Shown here one piece after another: positions 1 to 8,017 of a stretch of DNA of 64,000 nucleotides. Below the pieces are notes generated by a model that had not been told where the DNA came from, did not search any database, and saw only the letters and a list, made by a program, of their open reading frames with translations. Within the stretch, counting starts at the first letter, position 1. Each line of letters begins with the position of its first letter. The DNA is taken from assembly GCA_018053845.1 (NCBI GenBank), contig JAGPKU010000001.1, positions 22,252 to 86,251 of the forward strand. Reading direction: 5' to 3'. The stretch comes from Syntrophobacterales bacterium (lineage in GTDB: Bacteria; Desulfobacterota; Syntrophia; Syntrophales; UBA2192). Position numbers and translations under genes: made by a program.

Positions 1-1656
1 GACGTGGCGCATCTCCTCGCGGGACTCGCCGATCCGCGCGGCGCGCGACTGGGCGCCGGCCATCGCCCTCTCGAAGGCCCGCAGGTACTCGGGGAAGAAG
101 GTCTCCCAGCCGGCCCTGACGGCGATCCGGCGGGCCTCGCGGCGCTCCTGCAGGACCTCCGCGTCGGTCAGGCCGACGAATTCGCTCAGGATGCCGTAGA
201 GGCCCTCGACGATGGCCGCCGTGTCGAGGCCCCGCCGCCTGAGGACCCGGATGGCCCGGCTCTCGCCGGCCGTGGCGAGCACCCAGGGGCCGAACCCCGC
301 CTGGTCGACGGTGACGGCGGGCACGGCGTAGGCGGCGCACTCGTGGGGCGAGTAGCCCCAGGGCTCGTAGTAGGACGGGAACACCCCCAGGTCGCAGCCC
401 GAAAGGAGCTCGTGGTAGGTCATGTCGAACAGGCCGTCGTGGCCGTCCAGGCAGGCGGGGTTGAAGATAACGCTGACGCGGTTCTGGGCGCCGTTCTTGA
501 GGCCCAGGCGGCTGCAGGTCTCGAGGATCGGGTCCGAGGCCTCGTAGCTCAGGCGGTGCGTCGCGATGGGCACGGGTCCGCCTTCGGTCTTGCCGGAGCC
601 GGCCTGCAGGGACGGCACGAGGTCCATGTGGCCCCCCATGAGGCACAGCAGCGCCAGCACGCTTTGATCGCCGGTCATGTCCCTGTCCAGGCGCCCCAGG
701 GCCTGGAGGAAGACGTCGATGCCCTTGTTGCGGAACTCGTAGCGCCCGGAGGTCATCAGGATCCTCGTGCCCGCGGGCAGCGGCCTGCGAAGGAACCTCG
801 CCGCTGCGGCCAGGATCCGCTCGCGGGCCCTGAGCGCCGGGGCGCGCGATTCGGCCAGGTCGGGAATGCTCGCCACGTCGATGCCGTTGGGCGTCACCAC
901 GTCGGGGGAGCGGCCCAGGAAGTTCTTGGCCTCCAGGGCCGTGATGTCGCTGACCGTCGTGAGGCAGTCGGCCTCGCGGGCGCAGGCGGCCTCCAGGGAG
1001 TAGCGGGCGGCGCAGTTGTGCGCGGCGGCCTCGCGCTGGGGCGAGATGTGCTCCATCTCGGCGTAGATGTCCATGCCCGAGGCGGCCAGCGTCTGCCCCA
1101 AAACGGTCGAATGCAGCGTGAGAACCGTCCCGGCCTCGGGGACCTTTTTCTTCACGCCCAGCAGGCCCGCGCCGCACACCCAGTCGTGGAACAGGGCGAC
1201 GGCCCGCAGCCCCTTCGGCCTGACCTTGAGATTGTGAAGCGTCTCGATGACCTCGCCGCAGGCATATCCGAACATGACCCGCTCGACGTAGTCCCAGCCG
1301 CCCGAGATGGAGTCGACGCCGTAATCCTCCCAGAGATGGAACAGCAGCTGGTCCTTGTTGTACTTCTTCGTGAAGTTCACCAGGATGACCCGCGGCTCGC
1401 CCGGCACCTTCCAGCGGCCGAAGCGGCAGGGGATGTCCTTGATGGCCGTGTTCTCCCGGATGGAGAGCCAGAAGTCCTCCTCGGTCTCCTCGAACTCCGG
1501 GTTGTTCTTCAGGTCCGGCCCCAGCAGGACGTAACGGTCCCCGAAGGCCCGCACCGTGGCGGGGATCTTGCTGCGGACGGAGGCATAGACCTCGCCGACC
1601 TGGTTGCAGGCCTCCCAGCTCACCTCGAAAAGGTAGTCTTTGCGCTCAGTGCTCAT
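1..1656 (-). CDS. Glycogen/alpha-glucan synthase-like glycosyltransferase, eukaryote-type GT3 family (3' end truncated by window edge)
   Basis: Hand translation from ATG at 1656 gives MSTERKDYLFEVSWEACNQVGEVYASVRSKIP..., which matches the N-terminal FEVSWE..N.VGG.Y signature. A later LFHDW motif matches the HEW/HDW block of GT3 glycogen synthases. The frame stays open to base 1. Its ATG overlaps the upstream gene's TGA (ATGA at 1653-1656). The plus ORF 4..1725 is its antisense shadow. Confidence 0.75.
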   Translation of the reverse strand, partial: MSTERKDYLFEVSWEACNQVGEVYASVRSKIPATVRAFGDRYVLLGPDLKNNPEFEETEEDFWLSIRENTAIKDIPCRFGRWKVPGEPRVILVNFTKKYNKDQLLFHLWEDYGVDSISGGWDYVERVMFGYACGEVIETLHNLKVRPKGLRAVALFHDWVCGAGLLGVKKKVPEAGTVLTLHSTVLGQTLAASGMDIYAEMEHISPQREAAAHNCAARYSLEAACAREADCLTTVSDITALEAKNFLGRSPDVVTPNGIDVASIPDLAESRAPALRARERILAAAARFLRRPLPAGTRILMTSGRYEFRNKGIDVFLQALGRLDRDMTGDQSVLALLCLMGGHMDLVPSLQAGSGKTEGGPVPIATHRLSYEASDPILETCSRLGLKNGAQNRVSVIFNPACLDGHDGLFDMTYHELLSGCDLGVFPSYYEPWGYSPHECAAYAVPAVTVDQAGFGPWVLATAGESRAIRVLRRRGLDTAAIVEGLYGILSEFVGLTDAEVLQERREARRIAVRAGWETFFPEYLRAFERAMAGAQSRAARIGESREEMRHV

Positions 1657-2789
1657 GGGCGGACCCCCGACTCCCCCCCGATCCTGACGGAGAAGTCTTT
1701 CAGAATGTTCATGGTATGGATGTAGGCGTCGTAAGGGGAGGCGCAGGGATGGGATGCGCGGGCCGGATCCCCTTCCGACAGGCCTTTTGTGCACATGGCC
1801 TCGAGATAGTCCGACGCCTGGAGCCTGCGCCAGGTATCGAGGTGCCTGCGGCTGCCCGCCCGGCGGACACGCCCCTCCAGCGCGAAGAGCGTTTCGGCGG
1901 CATCCCGCTGCAGGTGGTTCGACAGGAAGGCCTCGCGCCCCGGCCCGGACGGCAGCGGCCGGGCCGTCCGCTCCGGCGCACGGAGGGCCGCCGCCTCGGA
2001 GGGCGTGCAAAAACGCCAGTTGCGGCGCTTGAGCAGCAGGCCGGGAACGGTCTCGAGAAACCGCATCACCGCCCGGCCGCCCGCGTCGTCCCACCCGAAG
2101 CGCCCGCATTCCGTCACGAGGCTGATCACCTCGTCCCCGCCGAAGCCCTCGGCCAGACGCCCCGCGAACGCCCCGGGCTCCTGCCTCACCATCTCGTCGG
2201 AGAGCCGGTCGTGCCGGGGCAGCATCGTCAGCGCCCCGTTTCCCCACGGCCGGCAAAGGGCTCCTTCGCCGCGGTCAAAGGCACCCCCGGCCAGGATCAC
2301 CCGGAAACCCATGGAGCGGGCGATGCGCGCCACGGCCTCGTCGCAGATGCCGGCGGTGTTGTGGAAGACGACCGGCGTCAGGCCGAGAAGCGCCCGGATC
2401 ATCCGTCGGTGCAGGGCGATCTGCCGGCGGAATTCCGCTTCCGAAAAAAGGGAGGCCAGCGAGTGATGGGACGTTGAGCACACCCACTCCACGCAGCCCG
2501 TGTCCGCCAGCCTTCGAAAGCTCTCCAGGAGCGGCTTCTGCCCCTTTTTCAATTGTTCAAGAAGCATGCCAGAGACCGAGAGGGAAACCCGGAACCGCCC
2601 CCGGTGGCGCCGGATGAGCCGGAGCATCAGCGCGGCGGCCGGCAGGGCGAACCCGTCGGCGAATCGCCCGAGGTCCGCGCGGCTCCCCTCCCCGTCGAAA
2701 TAGTCCCCCCCGCGCCCGATGTCGAAGAAGCCGAACTTCCTCAATCGCAGGGGCAGGTGAACATCGAAATGCAACACAACGACCGGCAA
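1653..2789 (-). CDS. Glycoside hydrolase family 57-like protein (catalytic-domain-only, 378 aa)
   Basis: ORF track protein MPVVVLHFDVHLPLRL...GCVEWVCSTSHHS. The layout resembles GH57 region 1 (H.H.P) and the Glu-containing region 3. It is translationally coupled to the GT3 synthase. Confidence 0.7.
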   Translation of the reverse strand: MPVVVLHFDVHLPLRLRKFGFFDIGRGGDYFDGEGSRADLGRFADGFALPAAALMLRLIRRHRGRFRVSLSVSGMLLEQLKKGQKPLLESFRRLADTGCVEWVCSTSHHSLASLFSEAEFRRQIALHRRMIRALLGLTPVVFHNTAGICDEAVARIARSMGFRVILAGGAFDRGEGALCRPWGNGALTMLPRHDRLSDEMVRQEPGAFAGRLAEGFGGDEVISLVTECGRFGWDDAGGRAVMRFLETVPGLLLKRRNWRFCTPSEAAALRAPERTARPLPSGPGREAFLSNHLQRDAAETLFALEGRVRRAGSRRHLDTWRRLQASDYLEAMCTKGLSEGDPARASHPCASPYDAYIHTMNILKDFSVRIGGESGVRP

Positions 2790-2841
2790 TGTTTATCCCT
2801 CAGTCAATCGAGTATAATTCGTCCTGAGCCTTTTCACACTC

Positions 2842-2929
2842 GAGGCAGCAGGTTACAGGTAGCAGGCGGCAGGAAAGAAAAAGCATCCACAGGAGGAACC
2901 TGTCACCTGTCACCTGTCACCTGTCACCT
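2842..2929. repeat. Heptad hairpin element, family A (AGG-phased arm plus perfect (CCTGTCA)x4 arm)
   Basis: The left arm AGGCAGC AGGTTAC AGGTAGC AGGCGGC AGG begins at 2844 within this span. CCTGTCA repeats four times at 2899-2929. The right arm overlaps the GT4 stop codon and last codons (..KVTGDR*). Confidence 0.85.
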
Positions 2930-4142
2930 TCTCGTAGACGTCCTCGATCAGCCGCGCGGCACGCTCCCAGGTGATCGTCTCGAGCTCCTCGCGGCCGCGC
3001 TCGACCATCTCGCGCGCCAAGGCCTCGTAGGTCAGCACCGCGCAGATCTTGCCCGCGAGTTCGTCCACGTCCCAGAAGTCCACCTGCAGGGCGTGGTGGA
3101 GGACCTCGGCGACCCCGGACTGCCTCGAGATGATCACCGGCACATCCGCGCGCATCGCCTCCAGCGGGGCGATCCCGAAAGGCTCGGAAACGCTGGGCAT
3201 GACGTAGAGGTCGCTCAAGGCGTACATCCGCTCCACCTCCTCGCCGCGCAAGAACCCCGTGAAGAGGAACCGGCTTCCCAGGCCGAGTTCGGCCGCGCGC
3301 TCGATCATCCGCGGCATCAGATCGCCGCTGCCCGCCATCACGAACGTGACATCGGGCAGGACGCGAAGGACCTTCGCGGCCGCCTCGACGAAGGCCCCGG
3401 GGCCCTTCTGGTGCGTGATCCGTCCCAGGAACAGGACGATCTTCCCGCCGAACGGTTTCGATTCCCCGGTCGTCCCGGCCGCCTCGCCCCGCGAAACGGC
3501 GTTGTGGACGACGCTGACCTTCCCCGGGTCGATCCCGTAGCGCTCCGCGATCCTGCGCTTCGTGAAGTGGCTCACGGCGATGACGCGGTCCGCCTCGAGG
3601 AGACCCTGCCGCTCGATTGCAGCGATGCGGGCGTCGACGGCGCCGCCGCTGCGGTCGAACTCCAGGGCGTGGACATGCAGGACGAAGGGGCGCCCGCTGA
3701 CGCCGCGGGCGCGAAGGGCCGCCGGCACCGAGAGCCACTCGTGGGCGTGGATGACGTCGAACGGGACCCGCCGGGCGATGAGACCCGCCGCTTCGGCATA
3801 GCGCCCGAGCTCCGAGAACAGATCGGGGCCGTAGGGCCCCGGGCTTGCCAGAAGGCTCTCCCGGAGAAGCCCGTACGCGGGCGGGGCCATGTAGGGCCGC
3901 AGGGGCGACTCGACGGGCCGCACGGCGATCCCCGCAGGGGGCCCGCCCTCGGCTGCGTCGGCGAACCCGGGGGCCGCCATGAGCGACACGTGGGACGGGC
4001 TGCCCGGCTGCGGCAGGAAGGGGACCACGAAGGTGATCCGGTGGCCCCTCTGGGCCAGGGCCTTCGTCATGCCGAAGCACGCCGTCCCGAGACCCCCGCT
4101 GATCACCGGCGGGAATTCCCACCCGAACATCAGGATCCGCAT
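2910..4142 (-). CDS. GT4-family glycosyltransferase (glycogen-synthase-like, group 1)
   Basis: In ORF 2910..4175, the internal start MRILMFGWEFPPVISGGLGTAC (ATG at 4142) is the typical GT4/GT5 N-terminus. The C-terminal half contains PSVSEPFGIAPLEAM (the E-x7-E region). Confidence 0.85.
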   Translation of the reverse strand: MRILMFGWEFPPVISGGLGTACFGMTKALAQRGHRITFVVPFLPQPGSPSHVSLMAAPGFADAAEGGPPAGIAVRPVESPLRPYMAPPAYGLLRESLLASPGPYGPDLFSELGRYAEAAGLIARRVPFDVIHAHEWLSVPAALRARGVSGRPFVLHVHALEFDRSGGAVDARIAAIERQGLLEADRVIAVSHFTKRRIAERYGIDPGKVSVVHNAVSRGEAAGTTGESKPFGGKIVLFLGRITHQKGPGAFVEAAAKVLRVLPDVTFVMAGSGDLMPRMIERAAELGLGSRFLFTGFLRGEEVERMYALSDLYVMPSVSEPFGIAPLEAMRADVPVIISRQSGVAEVLHHALQVDFWDVDELAGKICAVLTYEALAREMVERGREELETITWERAARLIEDVYEKVTGDR

Positions 4143-4223
4143 GGCCTGCGCCCCGCCCTCCCGTTTTCCATCCATTCGATATCCCTATCGGAAAAACCGC
4201 GCGGCGTCAATGCCCCGTTGACG

Positions 4224-4298
4224 AAGGAGCGAGGTTCGAGGCGCGAGGGTCGAGGCCCTTTCTGTATCCTCGGTCCTCGTTCCTCGGACCTTGAACCT
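4224..4298. repeat. Heptad hairpin element, family B
   Basis: AAGGAGCGAGGTTCGAGGCGCGAGGGTCGAGG (4224-4255) faces CCTCGGTCCTCGTTCCTCGGACCTTGAACCT (4268-4298). The right arm is 27/31 identical to 59115-59145. Confidence 0.85.
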
Positions 4299-4310
4299 GC
4301 AAGCCGCCGA

Positions 4311-4326
4311 AGGCCCGATATTTGCA
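4311..4326 (+). promoter_or_regulatory. Sigma-54 (-24/-12) promoter candidate for the small-protein/HDOD/HD-GYP operon
   Basis: AGGCCCGATATTTGCA vs consensus TGGCACG-N4-TTGCA. GG and GC have the correct spacing. 82 nt upstream of ATG 4408. Confidence 0.6.
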
Positions 4327-4407
4327 TGGTGACAGGACGGCTTCCTGCGCCCGACGACCGGGGCAGGCAGGGGCCCTCGGGAAACCACACGGGGGAAGGC
4401 ACCGGCG

Positions 4408-4743
4408 ATGGGTATTCTGAACATCAACGATCTCAAGGAAGGCATGACGCTTGCTGCCGACGTGAAGAACAAGCACGGCAACATCATGATCAAGCAGGGC
4501 ATGACCCTCACCGAGAAGCACATCATGCTCCTGAAGGCCTGGGGCATCCCGGATGCCGACGTGGAGGGCGCCGACCGGGAGCAGCTGCACCAGGAGGAGA
4601 TGAAGACCGTCGCGCCGGAGGTGATCGAGGCTATCGAACGGGAGCTCAGCGGGATCTTTCCGCCCCTCGAGGGCAACGAGCTGATGTCGGAGATCTACCG
4701 CATCTCCAAGAAGATGAAGATCCGGCAGGCCCTGGAGTCGTAG
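4408..4743 (+). CDS. Small (111 aa) protein resembling the N-terminal regulatory module found on HD-GYP proteins
   Basis: MGILNINDLKEGMTLAADVKNKHGNIMIKQGMTLTEKHIMLLKAWGI matches the L.pGM.la.dv....G..l...G..lt...i..L...gi pattern seen N-terminal to many HD-GYP proteins. It is the first gene behind a sigma-54 promoter and has GC3-rich codons. Confidence 0.6.
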   Translation: MGILNINDLKEGMTLAADVKNKHGNIMIKQGMTLTEKHIMLLKAWGIPDADVEGADREQLHQEEMKTVAPEVIEAIERELSGIFPPLEGNELMSEIYRISKKMKIRQALES

Positions 4744-4788
4744 AGACGCCGGCCCGCGGAAACCGCCATCGCAGAGAACCGAGAGACC

Positions 4789-5640
4789 ATGAACGCCAAG
4801 GATATCGAACGGATCGTCAGTTCCCTCGACAGGATCCCCACGCTGCCGGTCATCTACTCCAAGCTCGGCAAGCTGCTGCAGTCCCCCGACGCGACGATCG
4901 CCGCCGTCAGCAACATCATCTCCGAGGACCAGGTCATCGCCGCCAAGGTTCTGAAGTTCGTCAACTCGGCCTTCTACGGCTTCCCCCAGCGTATCGGCAG
5001 CCTCCAGCGCGCCATCGTCATCCTCGGGTTCAACACGATCAAGAACCTCGTCTTCGCCACCTCCGTCTTCGACATGTTCCGGGGCATGGACACGGGAGGG
5101 GCCTTCGACAAGAAGAATTTCTGGAAACACTGCATCGGCTGCGCCGTGGCGGCGCGGGTGCTGGCCGAGGCGGCGGACCTGCGCAACCCCGACGAGGTGT
5201 TCACGGGGGGGCTGCTGCACGACATCGGCAAGCTCGTCACCGCCGTCCACTACCCGGAGAAGTACAGCGTCGTCGTCAACGACGTCCAGGCTACGGGCTT
5301 GCCGATGGTCGAGGCCGAGCGCAAGGTCTTCGGCTACGACCACTGCCAGGTGGGAAGCGCGCTGGCCGTCCAGTGGCGCTTCCCGGCCGAGACGGCCCAG
5401 ATGATCGGCGCCCATCACCTGGCCGACGGGGCCGTCCCCGCCCGCAAGGACATCGCCGCCGTGCACATCGGCAACATCCTGTGCATGGCCCTCGGGCTCG
5501 GATCGGGCGGCGAGAGGAAGCTCGCGGCCGTGAACCCCGGGGCATGGGATCTCCTGGGGCTGAGCCTCAGCAGCCTCGAGCTCGTCATGGACAAGACCTT
5601 GAAACTCTACCGGGAAAACACGGAAATCCTGGAAATGTAG
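4789..5640 (+). CDS. HDOD domain signalling protein
   Basis: LPTLPVIYSKLGKLLQSPDATIAAVSNIISEDQVIAAKVLKFVNSAFYGFPQRIGSLQRAIVILG and GGLLHDIGKLV are canonical HDOD motifs. Confidence 0.9.
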   Translation: MNAKDIERIVSSLDRIPTLPVIYSKLGKLLQSPDATIAAVSNIISEDQVIAAKVLKFVNSAFYGFPQRIGSLQRAIVILGFNTIKNLVFATSVFDMFRGMDTGGAFDKKNFWKHCIGCAVAARVLAEAADLRNPDEVFTGGLLHDIGKLVTAVHYPEKYSVVVNDVQATGLPMVEAERKVFGYDHCQVGSALAVQWRFPAETAQMIGAHHLADGAVPARKDIAAVHIGNILCMALGLGSGGERKLAAVNPGAWDLLGLSLSSLELVMDKTLKLYRENTEILEM

Positions 5641-5657
5641 CGGCGCGCGGGGAGATC

Positions 5658-6809
5658 ATGCAGGAACTCGGCGAGATGGCCGTCGACAGCGGCGACCACC
5701 GGACGATGCAGAAGAGGATCCAGTACCTCGACGAGCAGAACCGCGCCCTCGTGGCGATCCAGGACAAGCTCGAGCGCCTCTCCGACTTCCGCTCCGACAT
5801 GATCCTGTCGCACGACATCCCGGAAATCCTCCAGTCGGGCATCGCCAAGTTCCAGGAGCTCGTCAAGACGGAGGCCTGCTCCGTCTTCCTCGTGGACGAG
5901 AACGGGTTCGAGTTCCGCCACGAGATCTCCATCCCGGATCGCGTCGCCCCGCTGATGGAAAAGGAGATCGACGCCCAGATTCTGTCGGGCACCTTCGGAT
6001 GGATCATCAGCAGCGGAACGCCGGCCTGCGTCCCCGCGGAGGTCTTCGGAAAGGCGGACAGCCGGAAGCTCAGCGTCATGATCGCGCCGCTGTCGAACAA
6101 GGAGCGCACGCTGGGGGCGGCCACCATCGTCTTCGAGCAGGACGAGGACTTCATCCGGCAGCAGACGCTCAAGCTCCTCTACATCCTGTCGGGCTTCTTT
6201 TCGCTGTCCCTCGAAAACGCCTACCTCTTCGCGGACCTCAAGAAGAGCTACTTCGACACGATCCGCGCCGTGGCCAACTCCGTCGAGGCGCGGGACGCCT
6301 ACACCCGGGGCCACTCCAACCGCGTGGCCGCCATCTCCAAGATCATCGCCGCGGAGATGGGCTGGGGCCGACGGGATCTCGAGATGATCGACTGGGGCGG
6401 TGTGCTGCACGACCTCGGCAAGGTGGGCATCAGCGACACCATCCTCAACAAGCCCGGCCGGCTCACCGACGAGGAATTCGCCGTCATGAAGACTCACCCG
6501 TCGATCGGCGCCCAGATCATCGGCGGCATCGCCTTCCTCGAGCCGCTGATGCCCTACATCGCCCAGCACCACGAGCGCTACGACGGGCGGGGCTATCCCG
6601 CCGGGCTCAGGGGCGAGGAGATCGCCATCCAGGGCAGGCTGCTGGCCATCGCCGACACCTATGACGCCATGACATCGGACCGTCCCTACCGAAAGGGGCT
6701 TGCGGCCCAAGTCGCCTACGACGAGATCCTGAAGTGCTCCGGCAGCCAGTTCGACCCCGTGCTGGTCCGGGCTTTCGAGAAGGCTTTCAAGGCGGGGAAG
6801 ATTGTGTAA
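5658..6809 (+). CDS. GAF domain-containing HD-GYP c-di-GMP phosphodiesterase
   Basis: ATG at 5658 (upstream ggggaga), in frame with the tail of ORF 2553..6809. Motifs: HSNRVA, GGVLHDLGK, HHERYDGRGYP (the HD and GYP motifs) and DTYDAMTSDRPYR. Confidence 0.9.
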   Translation: MQELGEMAVDSGDHRTMQKRIQYLDEQNRALVAIQDKLERLSDFRSDMILSHDIPEILQSGIAKFQELVKTEACSVFLVDENGFEFRHEISIPDRVAPLMEKEIDAQILSGTFGWIISSGTPACVPAEVFGKADSRKLSVMIAPLSNKERTLGAATIVFEQDEDFIRQQTLKLLYILSGFFSLSLENAYLFADLKKSYFDTIRAVANSVEARDAYTRGHSNRVAAISKIIAAEMGWGRRDLEMIDWGGVLHDLGKVGISDTILNKPGRLTDEEFAVMKTHPSIGAQIIGGIAFLEPLMPYIAQHHERYDGRGYPAGLRGEEIAIQGRLLAIADTYDAMTSDRPYRKGLAAQVAYDEILKCSGSQFDPVLVRAFEKAFKAGKIV

Positions 6810-6812
6810 AGA

Positions 6813-6952
6813 AAGGCATCAGGCATTGGGTCTCAAAGGAACAAGAAGATTCCGCATCAGGGAGGAATGACTGCAACAGGAGAGAGGAGCGGGGCTTGAG
6901 TTCCGATCCTCTTTTTTCACTCCTGATGCCTGATGCCTGGTGCCTTATGCCT
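6813..6952. repeat. Heptad hairpin element, family C, filling the convergent HD-GYP/lolA spacer
   Basis: The 13-bp perfect inverted repeat AGGCATCAGGCAT (6814-6826) / ATGCCTGATGCCT (6926-6938) flanks a GGA-rich core. The TGATGCC heptads run up to the lolA stop codon. Confidence 0.85.
6883..6918 (+). terminator. Terminator-like hairpin after the HD-GYP gene
   Basis: AGAGGAGCGG-N10-CCGATCCTCT (one mismatch) followed by TTTTTT. It is embedded in repeat family C. Confidence 0.5.
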
Positions 6953-7613
6953 ATCTCTTGATCACCTCCACCCCGGCGGGGGGCTTGAAGGTGAAGAGGC
7001 TGTCGGGCAGGTCGCGGTCGAGCTCGACGGCCGAAAAGGCAAGGGTCGTCACGTTGCCGTAGGGGTCGAAGAGCACGACCCTGACGATCTGGAACGTCTC
7101 GCGGCTCACGGCGATCTGGAGTTTCCGCACTCCCTCCTCCGGTTTCACGGGCACCAGATCGAGCACGTAGCTCCCCGATTTGCCGGCTTCCTTCCCCGGG
7201 GCAAAGGAAATCCTGAAGTCGTCCTTGAGCTTGCCGATCCCGGCGAGGAACCGCACGCTCACGGTGGACCTGAAGATGCCCTCGGCGTCCTGCACGTAGG
7301 CCATCCTGTCGGCGGGGACATAGAGCCAGGCCTTCTCCGGGTTGATCACGAGCTCCTTCGCGGCGGGCTTCGTGTACACCCATCGCATGCGCCTGGGCTT
7401 CTTGAAGTAAAAGACCCCTTCCTCGCGCTCCGTCTTCTTCATGGCCTTCAGGGTCACCGTCTGGGTGAACCGGGCCTTCACCTGGCCGGTCCGCTCGTAG
7501 GTGTCCTGGATCTTGCGGATCACGTCGTCGAGGCTCAGGGCCTCATCCCCCCATGCAGGGGCCGAAAAAAAAATGATCAGCAAAAAAACAAGGGCTGAAA
7601 AGGGGTTTTTCAT
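6951..7613 (-). CDS. lolA: Outer-membrane lipoprotein carrier protein LolA
   Basis: Internal start MKNPFSALVFLLIIFFSAPAWG (signal peptide, ATG at 7613) is followed by the LolA-like pattern F.Q......K..E..G.FYFKKP...RW.Y..P. Confidence 0.8.
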   Translation of the reverse strand: MKNPFSALVFLLIIFFSAPAWGDEALSLDDVIRKIQDTYERTGQVKARFTQTVTLKAMKKTEREEGVFYFKKPRRMRWVYTKPAAKELVINPEKAWLYVPADRMAYVQDAEGIFRSTVSVRFLAGIGKLKDDFRISFAPGKEAGKSGSYVLDLVPVKPEEGVRKLQIAVSRETFQIVRVVLFDPYGNVTTLAFSAVELDRDLPDSLFTFKPPAGVEVIKR

Positions 7614-7832
7614 GGTCCGCTCCACTTCAGGGGGGGAAGGTGATTTCACGACGGGGAAAGTGGCATGATTTTTCAATGTGAACAAGTCCGCGCGGAGAGG
7701 GCCGTCAAAGGCCGGAAAGGACGAAAAAATATCCAATGAATTGAAATCATTGATATTTTTATGTGCTCATTCCCTGGGCAATTTGGTAAAAAACGCCGTG
7801 ATTCTTGAAGTTAACTCTTCCTTCAACAGCTT

Positions 7833-7862
7833 TGTCCACATATCTGTCCACACCGTTGTGGA
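7833..7862. promoter_or_regulatory. Array of TGTCCACA motifs (two direct copies 12 nt apart plus one inverted TGTGGA)
   Basis: TGTCCACA at 7833-7840 and 7845-7852, and TGTGGA at 7857-7862. They lie in a locally AT-rich ~400-nt spacer upstream of lolA. Confidence 0.3.
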
Positions 7863-7960
7863 TGTTCGGATCACCCATCCGTGCCGTCCCCGACTAATCG
7901 GTCTTTCATGGCACAGCGGCCCTGGGAACTGCCAGGGGAAAGGCTTTGACATGCCGCCCC

Positions 7961-8004
7961 GAAGGAAAACCGCAAGGGAGGGGCCCGGCGGAATGCCCCC
8001 TCCC
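7961..8004 (-). terminator. Rho-independent terminator after ilvE
   Basis: Minus strand: GGGAGGGGGC-attccgccgg-GCCCCTCCC followed by TTGCGGTTTTCC. Confidence 0.6.
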
Positions 8005-8017
8005 CGCGGGCTTCTGA

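Noticed and set aside
4-1725. 573-aa plus-strand ORF at the left edge
   Set aside because: It has Ala/Gly/Arg/Pro-rich low-information composition and no motifs. It lies exactly antisense to the GT3 synthase frame, which has clear family signatures. This is the typical high-GC shadow ORF.
2842-2929. Heptad tandem repeats as a possible CRISPR array
   Set aside because: The repeat unit is only 7 nt with no spacers, no leader and no cas genes in the window. The architecture is tandem microsatellite-like hairpins, not CRISPR.
2553-6809. 1418-aa plus-strand ORF
   Set aside because: Only the last 383 codons (from ATG 5658) are a real GAF-HD-GYP gene. The upstream part reads antisense through the GT4 gene and, out of frame, across the small-protein and HDOD genes.
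7565-7588. A9 and A7 homopolymer runs inside lolA as phase-variation sites
   Set aside because: They simply encode the Phe/Ile-rich signal peptide (..LLIIFFS..) of an essential-type gene. There is no evidence of heterogeneity, so I am not pursuing this without population data.
7905-7925. TGGCAC at 7908 (and the TGGCAC on the minus strand at ~36320) as sigma-54 promoters
   Set aside because: The -12 TTGC element is absent or mis-spaced (TGGCAC-AGCGG-CCCTG; TGGCAC-AGAAC-ACGGC), and the first has no downstream gene on that strand.
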